Source of the DNA: a virus
Lineage: Duplodnaviria; Caudoviricetes
Direction: 5' to 3' (one strand)
IMG/VR virus record: IMGVR_UViG_3300037423_001019
Coordinates: 1-44,899 of that record
DNA length: 44,899 bases
Each line of letters opens with the position of its first letter. Within the stretch, counting starts at the first letter, position 1. The position numbers were made by a program, and so were the translations under genes. Shown here piece by piece: positions 1 to 8,085 of the stretch. The notes beneath the pieces were generated by a model. It worked only from the letters and a program-made list of their open reading frames with translations, had not been told where the DNA came from and made no database searches.

Positions 1-127
1 GCTGGCAGCCCGACGGCGAAGCCGGAACGCCCATATCCTGTCCCCCACCCATGCTGGACTGTGAGTTGGTCATGACAGCCAACCCATGAGGAAGAAGAAC
101 GCGAGCCACGCCAAGCAGGAGATCGCC
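1..127. repeat. Terminal direct repeat, copy 1 (circularisation overlap)
   Basis: 1-127 is identical to 44773-44899; 127 is a common de Bruijn k-mer size. Confidence 0.95.
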
Positions 128-435
128 CCAAAAACGATCCACCAGCCTTCGCTTGTGCGCGGCTCATCGAGCTCGCGCTGCAACTCACGCAATGCTTCGA
201 GCGGCGGCGGATTGCGGTCCACGATCAGGCGGAGGTGGCGATGCGAAATATGGCGTGCCGTCTCTCCGGCTGTCCCCGTATTCTGATTCCCGCCGGATAC
301 CGCGCAATCAAGGCGGCGTAACGGGCGGCGGGCTGCCCCGGAGTGGTCATCGCCGGACCAATCGGCGCTCCGGTTCGAATTGCGTGAACTTGCGATAGCG
401 ATGCGATGCTTGCACGAAGACGCGAAGCTAGTCAT
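70..435 (-). CDS. Hypothetical early protein with C-terminal transmembrane helix; true start uncertain and probably downstream
   Basis: Hydrophobic C-terminus WWIVFGAISCLAWLAFFFLMGWLS; stop overlaps ATG of next gene (ATGA). Confidence 0.5.
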   Translation of the reverse strand: MTSFASSCKHRIAIASSRNSNRSADWSGDDHSGAARRPLRRLDCAVSGGNQNTGTAGETARHISHRHLRLIVDRNPPPLEALRELQRELDEPRTSEGWWIVFGAISCLAWLAFFFLMGWLS

Positions 436-997
436 TCCACGTCTCCCCTGCGACGACTCGATGGACGTGCGACTTGCTCACGCCTGTCAGTTCAGCGATC
501 TTCTTTTCCGAGAAGCCGCCGCGATGCATTTCGCGGACGGTCTCAATCACTTTTCCGCTGTACTTGGCGCGACCATTCTGCGACCCGCTTTGGCGAGTGC
601 CGTGCATTGTCTTGTGGCTGCTGTTCTCGGCGCACGTCGTCCATTTCAAGTTCTCGACGCGATTGTCTGATGGATTGCCATTCAGGTGTGCAACCTGAGC
701 GCCCGCAAAGGGCAGTCCGTGGAACGCGCGGCAGACCAAGCGGTGAATGCTGTGGCGGGTCTCGACACTGTTCCGGCTCAGCTTTACGGTTGGATAGCCG
801 CAAGTGTCGGGAACGGGCGAAAGCTCGCGCATCCGGCGAACGTTCCGCACACGCCCGTCGCTCGAAACGTCGTACAGACCCTCGTAGCCGACGATCTGAC
901 GCCACTCGACCGAAGGGGTCGCAGCGCGGGCCGAAGGCATCGCCCCTAGATCAATACTGAACACCTTACCCTGAGGGTTGCGGACGGGACCGGTCAT
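428..997 (-). CDS. NUMOD4-HNH homing-type endonuclease with C-terminal HTH
   Basis: EWRQIVGYEGLYDVSSDGRVR (NUMOD4); IHRLVCRAFHG...VAHLNGNPSDNRVENLKW (HNH_3). Confidence 0.9.
   Translation of the reverse strand: MTGPVRNPQGKVFSIDLGAMPSARAATPSVEWRQIVGYEGLYDVSSDGRVRNVRRMRELSPVPDTCGYPTVKLSRNSVETRHSIHRLVCRAFHGLPFAGAQVAHLNGNPSDNRVENLKWTTCAENSSHKTMHGTRQSGSQNGRAKYSGKVIETVREMHRGGFSEKKIAELTGVSKSHVHRVVAGETWND
904..945 (+). repeat. Partial (3' half) dispersed hairpin element, copy H
   Basis: GCAGCGCGG-GCCGAAGGC-AT-CGCCC matches the 3' end of the repeat family. Confidence 0.55.
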
Positions 998-1215
998 GCC
1001 GACTTCTCCGCCAGCATTGCTTTTAGCTCAGCTAGTCCAGTGCGTTGGCTGTCCAGAGTTTCACGCAAACCATCATTCACGTTGGTCAGATGGTTGATCC
1101 GATCAGCCATTCGCTCGATCAGGTCGGCGGCTTCATCGCGTAGCGGCTTTTCGCGCACGCTGTAATCGCGCAGCCTTTCGGCCAGCTCGGCGGCAATTGT
1201 GAAGTCGGTCGCCAT
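994..1215 (-). CDS. First gene of leftward early operon, coiled-coil hypothetical
   Basis: GAGGAGGTGA RBS; ATGA coupling to the HNH gene. Confidence 0.8.
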   Translation of the reverse strand: MATDFTIAAELAERLRDYSVREKPLRDEAADLIERMADRINHLTNVNDGLRETLDSQRTGLAELKAMLAEKSA

Positions 1216-1243
1216 CGCTCACCTCCTCATCGGTATGGGAGGC

Positions 1244-1297
1244 AATGTGCATCAGGCGCACATGGAAGTCAACCGTTATTTGTGCATGGAGCGCAGA
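1244..1297 (-). promoter_or_regulatory. PL-like promoter with two operators (OL)
   Basis: TTGACT(1272-1267)-N17-CACATT(1249-1244); operators TGTGCA-TCAGG-CGCACA (1246-1262) and TGTGCA-TGGAG-CGCAGA (1281-1297). Confidence 0.75.
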
Positions 1298-1298
1298 T

Positions 1299-1598
1299 TT
1301 ATGTGCCGGTCTCTCGCAGCAGCGCATCGGCGATAGCGACGATTCTCCGGCGCTCGCCGGGCTTGGCCTTTTCCCACAGGGTCCACATTCCCTCTGGATC
1401 GGACGGATCACGGATCAATAGATCCACCACGTCGCATCTGTATAAATCCGCAAGCGCCTCAAGAAGTTCCTGGTTGTAGGGCTGCTTGAAGGTCTCGATC
1501 CGCGATAGCTGCGAATGCGACATGTGCAGATGATCGGCGACCTGTTCGAGGGTCTTCATCCGGTGCTTGCGCCATGCGCGCAGGAAGTGGCGTGTCAT
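1299..1598 (-). CDS. cI: CI-like XRE/HTH_3 repressor, 99 aa, lacking an S24 autopeptidase domain
   Basis: LRAWRKHRMKTLEQVADHLHMSHSQLSRIE HTH; divergent from cro; start reassigned to ATG 1598. Confidence 0.85.
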   Translation of the reverse strand: MTRHFLRAWRKHRMKTLEQVADHLHMSHSQLSRIETFKQPYNQELLEALADLYRCDVVDLLIRDPSDPEGMWTLWEKAKPGERRRIVAIADALLRETGT

Positions 1599-1604
1599 GC
1601 ACAG

Positions 1605-1633
1605 AGTATGCGCCGACACCGTTTCGGTGTTCA
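1605..1633 (-). promoter_or_regulatory. PRM-like promoter giving a leaderless cI mRNA
   Basis: TGAACA-N17-CATACT-N6-ATG; no Shine-Dalgarno. Confidence 0.55.
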
Positions 1634-1656
1634 GCCGTCGCCATGCACAAAGGGGC

Positions 1657-1685
1657 TTGCAATCTCTGTGTATCTCATGCACAAA
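1657..1685 (+). promoter_or_regulatory. PR-like promoter with operator (OR)
   Basis: TTGCAA(1657)-N17-CACAAA; operator TGTGTA-TCTCA-TGCACA at 1667-1683; half sites ATGCACA near 1597 and 1643. Confidence 0.7.
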
Positions 1686-1692
1686 GGCGGAC

Positions 1693-1887
1693 ATGCGATT
1701 AGCCGCCTATCTGAAAAAGCACAGCCTCAAAGACGCAGACTTTGCTGAGCGGGTCGGCTGCGATCGCACGACCATTCTTCGGATCAGGCGGGGAGAGCAC
1801 AAGCCCTCCGCCGCTCTGATGGAGGTAATAGCCCGCGAAACAGGCGGACTAGTTCTGCCCAACGATTATTTCGACGTGGCCGCCTGA
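1693..1887 (+). CDS. cro: Cro-like HTH protein, 64 aa
   Basis: MRLAAYLKKHSLKDADFAERVGCDRTTILRIRRGEHKPS; divergent from cI. Confidence 0.85.
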   Translation: MRLAAYLKKHSLKDADFAERVGCDRTTILRIRRGEHKPSAALMEVIARETGGLVLPNDYFDVAA

Positions 1888-2108
1888 TGCGCCGCGAAGT
1901 CGATAATTTCCGCGCTGCGTTCCCACGGGCGATGCTGCCGGGAACATTCCGCCGCAGCGGCGATGGACTGAAAGAAGACACGCGGGCGCATAACCTTGCG
2001 GACGCCGAGTGTCGGGTCGGTGATGTAGAACAGGCCTTCCCTGTATTCATATTCCAGCGGCTGCTCACAAACGACAGCCGCGACGTTGCTAGTCGGCATA
2101 ACGCACAC
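1866..2108 (-). CDS. Hypothetical antisense gene between cro and cII-like gene
   Basis: GAGGGGAG RBS; protein-like composition; convergent overlap with cro. Confidence 0.55.
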   Translation of the reverse strand: MCVMPTSNVAAVVCEQPLEYEYREGLFYITDPTLGVRKVMRPRVFFQSIAAAAECSRQHRPWERSAEIIDFAAHQAATSK

Positions 2109-2296
2109 ACTCCCCTCACCCCGATTCGGCTCCGCAATGAAGCCGGAACGAAGGGCGGGCGCAAGTGGGCATTATTGCGGTTTAACAGCGGCTTAACGGC
2201 CGTTAGCAACATTCCCATAAGCGTCGTTTCCCCTGACGGCGCAGCGCGGGAGGTCACGATCGGCTCCCGGCCTCTCGCGCACCTATTGGCACAGAG

Positions 2297-2503
2297 TTGA
2301 CCGTGATGGGGGTACTCATCACCACCGTCACCATCTGCGGCGGCGCGGTCCTCGCGCTCACCTTCATCATCTACCGCATCCTTACGCGGATCGTCTTTCC
2401 TGAGCTCGGCCATCGCCCGCGCTATCCGCTTGAGAACAGCGAGACTGGCACGGTCGATCCTTATCAGATTCGGCTCATTCATGACGGGAGCGTTACCAAA
2501 TGA
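2297..2503 (+). CDS. Small membrane protein
   Basis: N-terminal hydrophobic helix; ATGA coupling to next gene. Confidence 0.55.
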   Translation: MTVMGVLITTVTICGGAVLALTFIIYRILTRIVFPELGHRPRYPLENSETGTVDPYQIRLIHDGSVTK

Positions 2504-2961
2504 CAGCCCGACAATCTTCGGCTTCCGAGCCGATCAGTAAGGAAGTCGTCCAGTCCCGCCTTGCTCAGTCATGGTCGCGGACGATCGCCGCGCAATTCAA
2601 GGGCAACAAGACTGCGTTTGCTGCCAAAGTCGGCTGTCACCCCGACACAGTTTCAAACGCTCTGGCGGGCAATACGGTCCCGGAGTTCCACACCGTTCTC
2701 AACTCACTTCTCGCGTGTCCCAACGCGCTTGACGAAGCGCTGTCGCTCTACGGCTTGCAGCTGGTCCCGCGAGACATGGAGCTGTCGCCGGACATGCAAA
2801 CCCTCCACCACCTGAGCAAAGCGCTAGCCGAGTTCGTGGACGTCCTCCGCGACGGCAAACGCACTCACCAGGAGACGCTGGAACTCGCCGAAGAGTTCCG
2901 CCCGGTCGTCGCCGCTCTGACGGCAATCATCCACGAAGCAGAAGGACTAAAGGCGGCATGA
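2500..2961 (+). CDS. CII-like HTH transcriptional regulator
   Basis: NKTAFAAKVGCHPDTVSNAL HTH; DGKRTHQE C-terminal motif; position after cro. Confidence 0.65.
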   Translation: MTARQSSASEPISKEVVQSRLAQSWSRTIAAQFKGNKTAFAAKVGCHPDTVSNALAGNTVPEFHTVLNSLLACPNALDEALSLYGLQLVPRDMELSPDMQTLHHLSKALAEFVDVLRDGKRTHQETLELAEEFRPVVAALTAIIHEAEGLKAA

Positions 2962-3122
2962 AAACCCTCGGCCAAGTAGTAGATGAAATCGACCGGCGCG
3001 TTGATCTCTGCACCAGCAACGCCCTCAATCCCGACCGAGATCAGTGGCTACGCAATAGGGATTTGCAGCGCCGGGAAGAGCTTCTCTCGCTGCGCAAGTT
3101 CCTCACGGAGGAGCCCGCATGA
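2958..3122 (+). CDS. Hypothetical 54 aa (MKTLGQVVDEIDRR...)
   Basis: ATGA overlaps at both ends; below the ORF-track cutoff. Confidence 0.65.
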   Translation: MKTLGQVVDEIDRRVDLCTSNALNPDRDQWLRNRDLQRREELLSLRKFLTEEPA

Positions 3123-3211
3123 TCCAACTGGCGGCGTACCTCGCCACTCACCCCCTCCTCTGTCAACTCGCGGTCATTCTGACCAGCATCATCTGCGCGG
3201 CGAGAAGCTAG
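3119..3211 (+). CDS. Hydrophobic 30-aa peptide (MIQLAAYLATHPLLCQLAVILTSIICAARS)
   Basis: GGAGGAG RBS; ATGA coupling. Confidence 0.5.
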   Translation: MIQLAAYLATHPLLCQLAVILTSIICAARS

Positions 3212-3213
3212 CC

Positions 3214-4062
3214 GTGAGCGGGGGGATCGGGCCTAAGCCTCAGAAGGAGTGGCGGACGCTCGTTTGGCTTCCGGGGTATGAAATTTCTGAGGATGGCGAC
3301 ATCTGGAACGGCGTGCGGTTGCTCGGCGGATCGATCATTGACGGCTATCGAGTGGTAAAGCTCACAACGACCTCCGCCGGCAAGCGCATTTACAAAGTTC
3401 ACCGACTAGTTTGCGAAGCGTTTCACGGCCCCCCGTCTCCGCCGCGCGTAGAAGCGGCACATGGCGACGGCGATCGTCTCAACAATCACCAGGCGAACCT
3501 TCGGTGGGCCACTCGCCGTGAAAATCACGCCGACCGCGTGGCCCACGGTACCGACGCGTCCGGAGAACGGAATGGTCGAGCGATCCTGACTTGGGAGAAA
3601 GTCTGCGAAATTCGCGAGAGATTCACCGGATTGCGCGGGGAAAAGGCGGCGCTCGCCCGCGAATATGGCATTTCATATAACGCGATCTCAGACGTTCTGA
3701 GCGCCAAGCGATGGCCGACTAGCAAGTGGTGCACCGGCAAAGAGCCCAAGAAGTCGCGCATCAGTGCTAGGGGGTGCGGCGTCAAGGGGCGCAACTTCGA
3801 GCGGGAGTGCGTGAACAGCGCCCGCGACATGGGGCTGACATGCTCCCGCGTTCCGCTTTCCGGGGCTGGTGAGGAAAAGGGCGACATCCGCCTCATTACC
3901 GGTTTCGGCGATACCCTCAAAGGCGAGGCCAAGCGCCGCAAGAAGCTGGCGGACTGGATCGTCAACGCTCTTGGCGATCACGATTTCCTCATCATGCGCG
4001 AGGACCGCGGCGAAACCTATGTCCTCATTCGGTCCAAGCTCTTCTGGGAGCTGTGCCAATGA
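3214..4062 (+). CDS. HNH endonuclease fused to PD-(D/E)XK Holliday-junction-resolvase-like domain
   Basis: VHRLVCEAFHG..AAHGDGDRLNNHQANLRW, then KGRNFERE..RVPLSGA..GDI..GEAKRRK; GTG start at 3214. Confidence 0.8.
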   Translation: MSGGIGPKPQKEWRTLVWLPGYEISEDGDIWNGVRLLGGSIIDGYRVVKLTTTSAGKRIYKVHRLVCEAFHGPPSPPRVEAAHGDGDRLNNHQANLRWATRRENHADRVAHGTDASGERNGRAILTWEKVCEIRERFTGLRGEKAALAREYGISYNAISDVLSAKRWPTSKWCTGKEPKKSRISARGCGVKGRNFERECVNSARDMGLTCSRVPLSGAGEEKGDIRLITGFGDTLKGEAKRRKKLADWIVNALGDHDFLIMREDRGETYVLIRSKLFWELCQ

Positions 4063-4289
4063 TCGGCGATCGCGCCAGAGACGCAATCGCTCGGGCATAT
4101 CCGCTGTCACAGCGCCGCGCACACGCCGATTCCCACATCATGACAATGGCCGCAATTGGCCAACTCGAAACAACCCAATCCAGGCACATCGTCAGAACCT
4201 ACGGTCTGCCGGAATCCGTCATTGATGAACTGAAGGCCCTGAAGGCTCAGTTCCGAAACGAGCTCTCATTCAGCGGAGGTGATAAGTGA
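4059..4289 (+). CDS. Hypothetical protein
   Basis: ATGA/GTGA coupling on both sides. Confidence 0.6.
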   Translation: MIGDRARDAIARAYPLSQRRAHADSHIMTMAAIGQLETTQSRHIVRTYGLPESVIDELKALKAQFRNELSFSGGDK

Positions 4290-4774
4290 ACATGATTGTT
4301 CTGGAGGGTAAGCGGGTAGTCTCCCGTCCTCCGCTACTGACGCGCGAGCTCGACGCTCATGTGAAGAAGGCGATCCGCGGATCTCGGCGCCTGAGAAACG
4401 CCATCTGGAAGCTCCAGGGATACAAGCCGCAGCCAGTTGCGCCTAAGCGCCCCGAAGTCTGCCCCACCTGCTCCGGGCCGATCGCTCCGCGGCGACTGGT
4501 CGCGGACATTCAGAGGACGGTCGGAGCTTATTACGGCTTTCACGCCAACCACCTTATCTCCAGCGATCGCCGCCGGCAACTGACGCTGGCCAGGCAGGTG
4601 GCGATGTATCTGGCGACCGAGCTGACCAACCACTCCATTGCCGAGATCGGTCGCCGCTTCAAGCGCGATCATACCACCGTGCTTCATGCCATCAAGGCAG
4701 TCGGCGCGCGGGCTGAAATCAATCCTGAGCTGGCGTTCGACGTAGCTCTCCTGCGGGAGAGACTGACAGCGTGA
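4286..4774 (+). CDS. DnaA C-terminal (domain IV) HTH protein with CxxC motif
   Basis: LARQVAMYLATELTNHSIAEIGRRFKRDHTTVLHAIK resembles the DnaA domain IV signature. Confidence 0.85.
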   Translation: MNMIVLEGKRVVSRPPLLTRELDAHVKKAIRGSRRLRNAIWKLQGYKPQPVAPKRPEVCPTCSGPIAPRRLVADIQRTVGAYYGFHANHLISSDRRRQLTLARQVAMYLATELTNHSIAEIGRRFKRDHTTVLHAIKAVGARAEINPELAFDVALLRERLTA

Positions 4775-5565
4775 GCGGCTACGTTCGCATTCATCGGTCT
4801 CTTGTGGGGCATCCTGCGTTCCGCAACGATGCGGAGGCTATGGCCTTTGCGTGGCTTGTTGCCAAAGCCGCGTGGCAGCCCACGAGACTGCGCTACAAAG
4901 GGCGCGACTATACCCTGGAGCGCGGGCAGCTCAGCGTCTCCATCCGCGACTTCGCAGACAAGATGGACCGGTCAAAAGGGTGGGCCGAGCGGCTGTTCGC
5001 CAGGCTCGTCGAGCACGGCATGATCGCCAAAAAATCCGGGACGCAGGTCGGGACGCAGGTCGGGACACACGGCGGGACGGTTGGCGGGACACCGCCGGAC
5101 CTCATAACCGTTTGTAATTATGAGGAATATCAGGCTCGTGGACTTCGCAGTGAGACAGTGGACGAGACAGTCAACGGGACAGCGGCGGGACAGCGGCGGG
5201 ACACAGAACAAAGAAGTGAAGAAGGGAAGAATAGTTCGGAACCTAAAGGTTCCTCACTGCGGCCGTGGGCTTGCCCGGTTGGGGTCGAAAAGCAAATTTG
5301 GTCCGACCTTCTGGCTAACCGGAAGCGCAAACGGCAGGGCAACACACCGACCGCATGGAAGAGATTCCAAGACGACCTAGCCCGCGTCTCCCTCCAGACC
5401 GGCATTCCACCGCCAAAGCTGATCGAGCACGCCGCCGCTCACGGATGGGCAGGTATTTACGATCCGACAAAGGACAGCCGCAATGACCGAACTGACCAGA
5501 ATCCCACAGCAACTGCCCTCGCAAGGGTACAGACAGCCCTACGAAGCGGAGGCTCTTTCGGCTGA
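4771..5565 (+). CDS. Phage replication initiator (lambda O-like)
   Basis: SGYVRIHR..LERGQ..LITVCNYEEYQ; internal iterons. Confidence 0.8.
   Translation: MSGYVRIHRSLVGHPAFRNDAEAMAFAWLVAKAAWQPTRLRYKGRDYTLERGQLSVSIRDFADKMDRSKGWAERLFARLVEHGMIAKKSGTQVGTQVGTHGGTVGGTPPDLITVCNYEEYQARGLRSETVDETVNGTAAGQRRDTEQRSEEGKNSSEPKGSSLRPWACPVGVEKQIWSDLLANRKRKRQGNTPTAWKRFQDDLARVSLQTGIPPPKLIEHAAAHGWAGIYDPTKDSRNDRTDQNPTATALARVQTALRSGGSFG
5038..5206 (+). repeat. Replication-origin iterons
   Basis: Two arrays of 11-12 bp repeats starting GGGAC/GAGAC (5038-5100, 5152-5206) flanking an AT-rich spacer. Confidence 0.8.
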
Positions 5566-5944
5566 GCTAGCGAAGATGCTGGCGCTGGTAGCCCCGTCTT
5601 CCATGACCTCAGACCAGCAGACATTCTGGCTGGCGGCGGCGGTGGACTCGCTTGAGGACATTCGCGCTGAGGAGGTGGCTCGCGTTTCCGCCGAGGTCCG
5701 CCGCTCGGTAACGCGGCACAATCAAATCGTCCCAGAGATCGCCAAGCTGGTAGCCGCCCGCCGAGCCGAGAACACGCGATACTCCAGAGCGGCGGCTGGG
5801 CCGGCGCTTCCTGAACCGCCACCGCGACAACCGCTTCCGCCGATGACCCGCAAGCAACTGGACGGGCTGCCTAAGTGGCTGCGGGACATGGGGCTGCGGA
5901 ACGGGTTTCTGAAGATGGAAGACGGAAGGCTCGTCGAGTCATGA
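5483..5944 (+). CDS. Putative replication accessory or helicase loader (P position)
   Basis: Overlaps the 3' end of the initiator; AAGGA RBS. Confidence 0.55.
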   Translation: MTELTRIPQQLPSQGYRQPYEAEALSAELAKMLALVAPSSMTSDQQTFWLAAAVDSLEDIRAEEVARVSAEVRRSVTRHNQIVPEIAKLVAARRAENTRYSRAAAGPALPEPPPRQPLPPMTRKQLDGLPKWLRDMGLRNGFLKMEDGRLVES

Positions 5945-6093
5945 CCTACCCCCTCGATCCCGAACGCCGCGAGCAATGGAGGCTTGAGACAAAAGCAGAG
6001 CTCAAGTGGCTGATCCAGCATTCGCAGACGGTGAACGCGAGGATCCGGGAATTGAAGGCGATACTGAATACCATTTTCGGGGAGGCGGCATAA
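5941..6093 (+). CDS. Hypothetical 50 aa
   Basis: ATGA and TAATG coupling. Confidence 0.6.
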   Translation: MTYPLDPERREQWRLETKAELKWLIQHSQTVNARIRELKAILNTIFGEAA

Positions 6094-6731
6094 TGGCTAA
6101 GCGGCGCGGCAGACCTCGCAAGGATGGACCCCGTGATTCACACGGGCGCCTGATCCGCGCCGGGAAGTTCACCCCTCCACCGGATCATATTCTGCGCCGC
6201 CGGCAATTGTTCGCTTTCGTTACCCCGACGAAAGCCCCTGATGGCAGAGTGGGAGAGATCGACCAGGACATCTGCGACGGGATCGGTCAGTTCCATGCTC
6301 TAGGACTGTTGGACGGGCACGGGGTTGACGCGCTTGAATTGAGGAACGCCGGCAGGGAATGGCGGGACTGGTTCACCACACTTCTTCGGAGGCAGGGATA
6401 CAAGGGAGGCGGTTATGAGCGGATGGACAAGGCTCGTGAACGAGAACCCCGCCATAATGAACGTCTTGACCGCATGGACTCGTCACTCGGAGGGTTTGAG
6501 CGATCTGCTCTCTACTCGCTACTCATTGACCCGGTGGTTGGAAGTTGGCCACTCGGCGAAAGTGACGCACCCTGGGTCAGATCCATCATCGGAGAAGCCC
6601 TGATTCAACGCGGCAAGCTCCCCGAGTTCGTCCGTATGCCGGATATGAACGACCGCGCATTACTGGCTGCGGCAATACGGGGACTGGTGGCGATTGCGGA
6701 TGCGGCGACAACGAGGAGACTGGCGGCATGA
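6093..6731 (+). CDS. Putative late-gene regulator or antiterminator (Q position)
   Basis: Basic N-terminus MAKRRGRPRK; last large early gene before the late promoter; function is inferred. Confidence 0.55.
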   Translation: MAKRRGRPRKDGPRDSHGRLIRAGKFTPPPDHILRRRQLFAFVTPTKAPDGRVGEIDQDICDGIGQFHALGLLDGHGVDALELRNAGREWRDWFTTLLRRQGYKGGGYERMDKAREREPRHNERLDRMDSSLGGFERSALYSLLIDPVVGSWPLGESDAPWVRSIIGEALIQRGKLPEFVRMPDMNDRALLAAAIRGLVAIADAATTRRLAA

Positions 6732-6952
6732 GCGATTTGTCAGAGCTGCTAGACGAACTTCACGCGATTATTTGGGAGGCCGGGAAATCAGCGAAACCGT
6801 TGGACGGCTATCCGGTTTCGGTCTCCGAGAAGGGCGCGTTTCGCTACGGGAAGGATTGCGCCACAGCCGACATAGAGCAGGCTGTTTTCAAGTGCGTAAC
6901 CCGCGCGCTAAAAGAGAGCCAACAGGAGATTAGAGATGGACGTAACGGCTGA
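6728..6952 (+). CDS. Hypothetical protein
   Basis: GAGGAG RBS; ATGA overlap. Confidence 0.65.
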   Translation: MSDLSELLDELHAIIWEAGKSAKPLDGYPVSVSEKGAFRYGKDCATADIEQAVFKCVTRALKESQQEIRDGRNG

Positions 6953-7106
6953 GATGGCCAAAGCGGGCGTGAACGCAATGTATCGCTACATGTCTGACCC
7001 ATACGAGGCCGACGCCCTGCTTGCCACTCGTATTTTCGAGGCAATGTGGGCCGCCCGGCCCACTGAAAAGCCCAACACTGAGAAAGACCACACAACCAAC
7101 GCATGA
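6936..7106 (+). CDS. Hypothetical 56 aa (MDVTAEMAKAGVNAM...)
   Basis: AGGAG RBS. Confidence 0.6.
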   Translation: MDVTAEMAKAGVNAMYRYMSDPYEADALLATRIFEAMWAARPTEKPNTEKDHTTNA

Positions 7107-7137
7107 TCAGCGTTCCCGTTCCGTACGCGATTGGTTC

Positions 7138-7191
7138 TTGACATAACCCCATTTTTGTGCTAAGGCGGGGACGCTGGGAATTGCGTCCAGC
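7138..7191 (+). promoter_or_regulatory. Late promoter 1 with conserved downstream element
   Basis: TTGACA-N17-TAAGGC-N6-GCTGGGAATTGCGTCCAGC. Confidence 0.65.
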
Positions 7192-7318
7192 ATTCTGAGA
7201 TTCGCGCGGGTCACGTAAGACACGATAGCGCGCTCCCGTCATCAGCCTCTGTCGCCGACGCACGGATCAGTTGGACCGGCACACACGCGCAACTGGCGGG
7301 TAAAATTCGGAGGCTCGA

Positions 7319-7615
7319 ATGTCCCGAGCCCGTAAAGCCCTCATTATCACGAAGGCCAATCCAATGTCTGAAATGGCGTCGGAGGTTCGTCAGGGATTCG
7401 ACAACCTCGCCGATGCCGTACGGACGCTTGCCGGGTGCATCGCTGCTGTAGCAGCTGGAGCCCACACTGACACCAAGGGTGATCAGCGGGACATGGCCGC
7501 AGTGTTCTTCTTGGACGCTCAGGACAGGTTCTCTGACATCCTGCGGAAGATGGACCCCAAGCTCCAGGCCGAGTTCGAGAATTACATCACGGCGCTTTGC
7601 CGAGGCAAGAGGTAG
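7319..7615 (+). CDS. Hypothetical protein
   Basis: GGAGG RBS. Confidence 0.65.
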   Translation: MSRARKALIITKANPMSEMASEVRQGFDNLADAVRTLAGCIAAVAAGAHTDTKGDQRDMAAVFFLDAQDRFSDILRKMDPKLQAEFENYITALCRGKR

Positions 7616-7618
7616 GGC

Positions 7619-8059
7619 ATGACAACCATCGCTTGCGACGGCGAAAGCATGGCGGGCGATGGGCTGGTCTGCTCCGGCTCAACGATCTTCGGCAGCAATG
7701 CGCAAAAGATCGTCAGCCTGAAGGACGGGCGGATTGTCGGATGCGCAGGCAACGCACGATACCAGCGGGCTTTCGTAGCATGGCTGAATGAGGGCGGAGA
7801 ACCGCCAGAGCTAGACGACGAGTTCGAGGCCTTGGTGCTGATGCCGGACGGCTCAGTGGTGAGCTATGACCATAAGGGCCGGCCGCTGCCCGAAGAGCTG
7901 CCGACGGCTACCGGATCGGGACGAGAGTTTGCGCTGGCCGCAATGGATCTCGGCGCATCGCCGAAAGAGGCCGTGGAGGCCGCGGCCAAACGCGACATGA
8001 TGACGGGTGGCACGATCATGTCGCTAACGCGACCGCGCAAGCTGCGACGGGTCGCCTGA
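7619..8059 (+). CDS. Ntn-hydrolase, HslV/proteasome-beta-like peptidase
   Basis: N-terminal MTTIACDG..MAGD; ATGSGREFALAAMDLGASPKEAVEAAAKRDMMTGG. Confidence 0.75.
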   Translation: MTTIACDGESMAGDGLVCSGSTIFGSNAQKIVSLKDGRIVGCAGNARYQRAFVAWLNEGGEPPELDDEFEALVLMPDGSVVSYDHKGRPLPEELPTATGSGREFALAAMDLGASPKEAVEAAAKRDMMTGGTIMSLTRPRKLRRVA

Positions 8060-8085
8060 CCAAAGCAACAGATTGAGGTGGTGAA

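Noticed and set aside
1-127. 127-bp terminal repeat as a biological DTR
   Set aside because: The length equals a common assembly k-mer and it cuts through a gene and repeat A; best read as circular overlap.
2983-3213. N-terminal extension of the 359-aa ORF; likewise extensions at 6006, 16110, 18149, 23675, 26917, 40281 and 43722
   Set aside because: They overlap better-supported coupled genes or noncoding elements; starts were reassigned.
5038-5206. CRISPR-like or mobile repeat array
   Set aside because: 11-12 bp tandem units without spacers inside the initiator gene; consistent with iterons.
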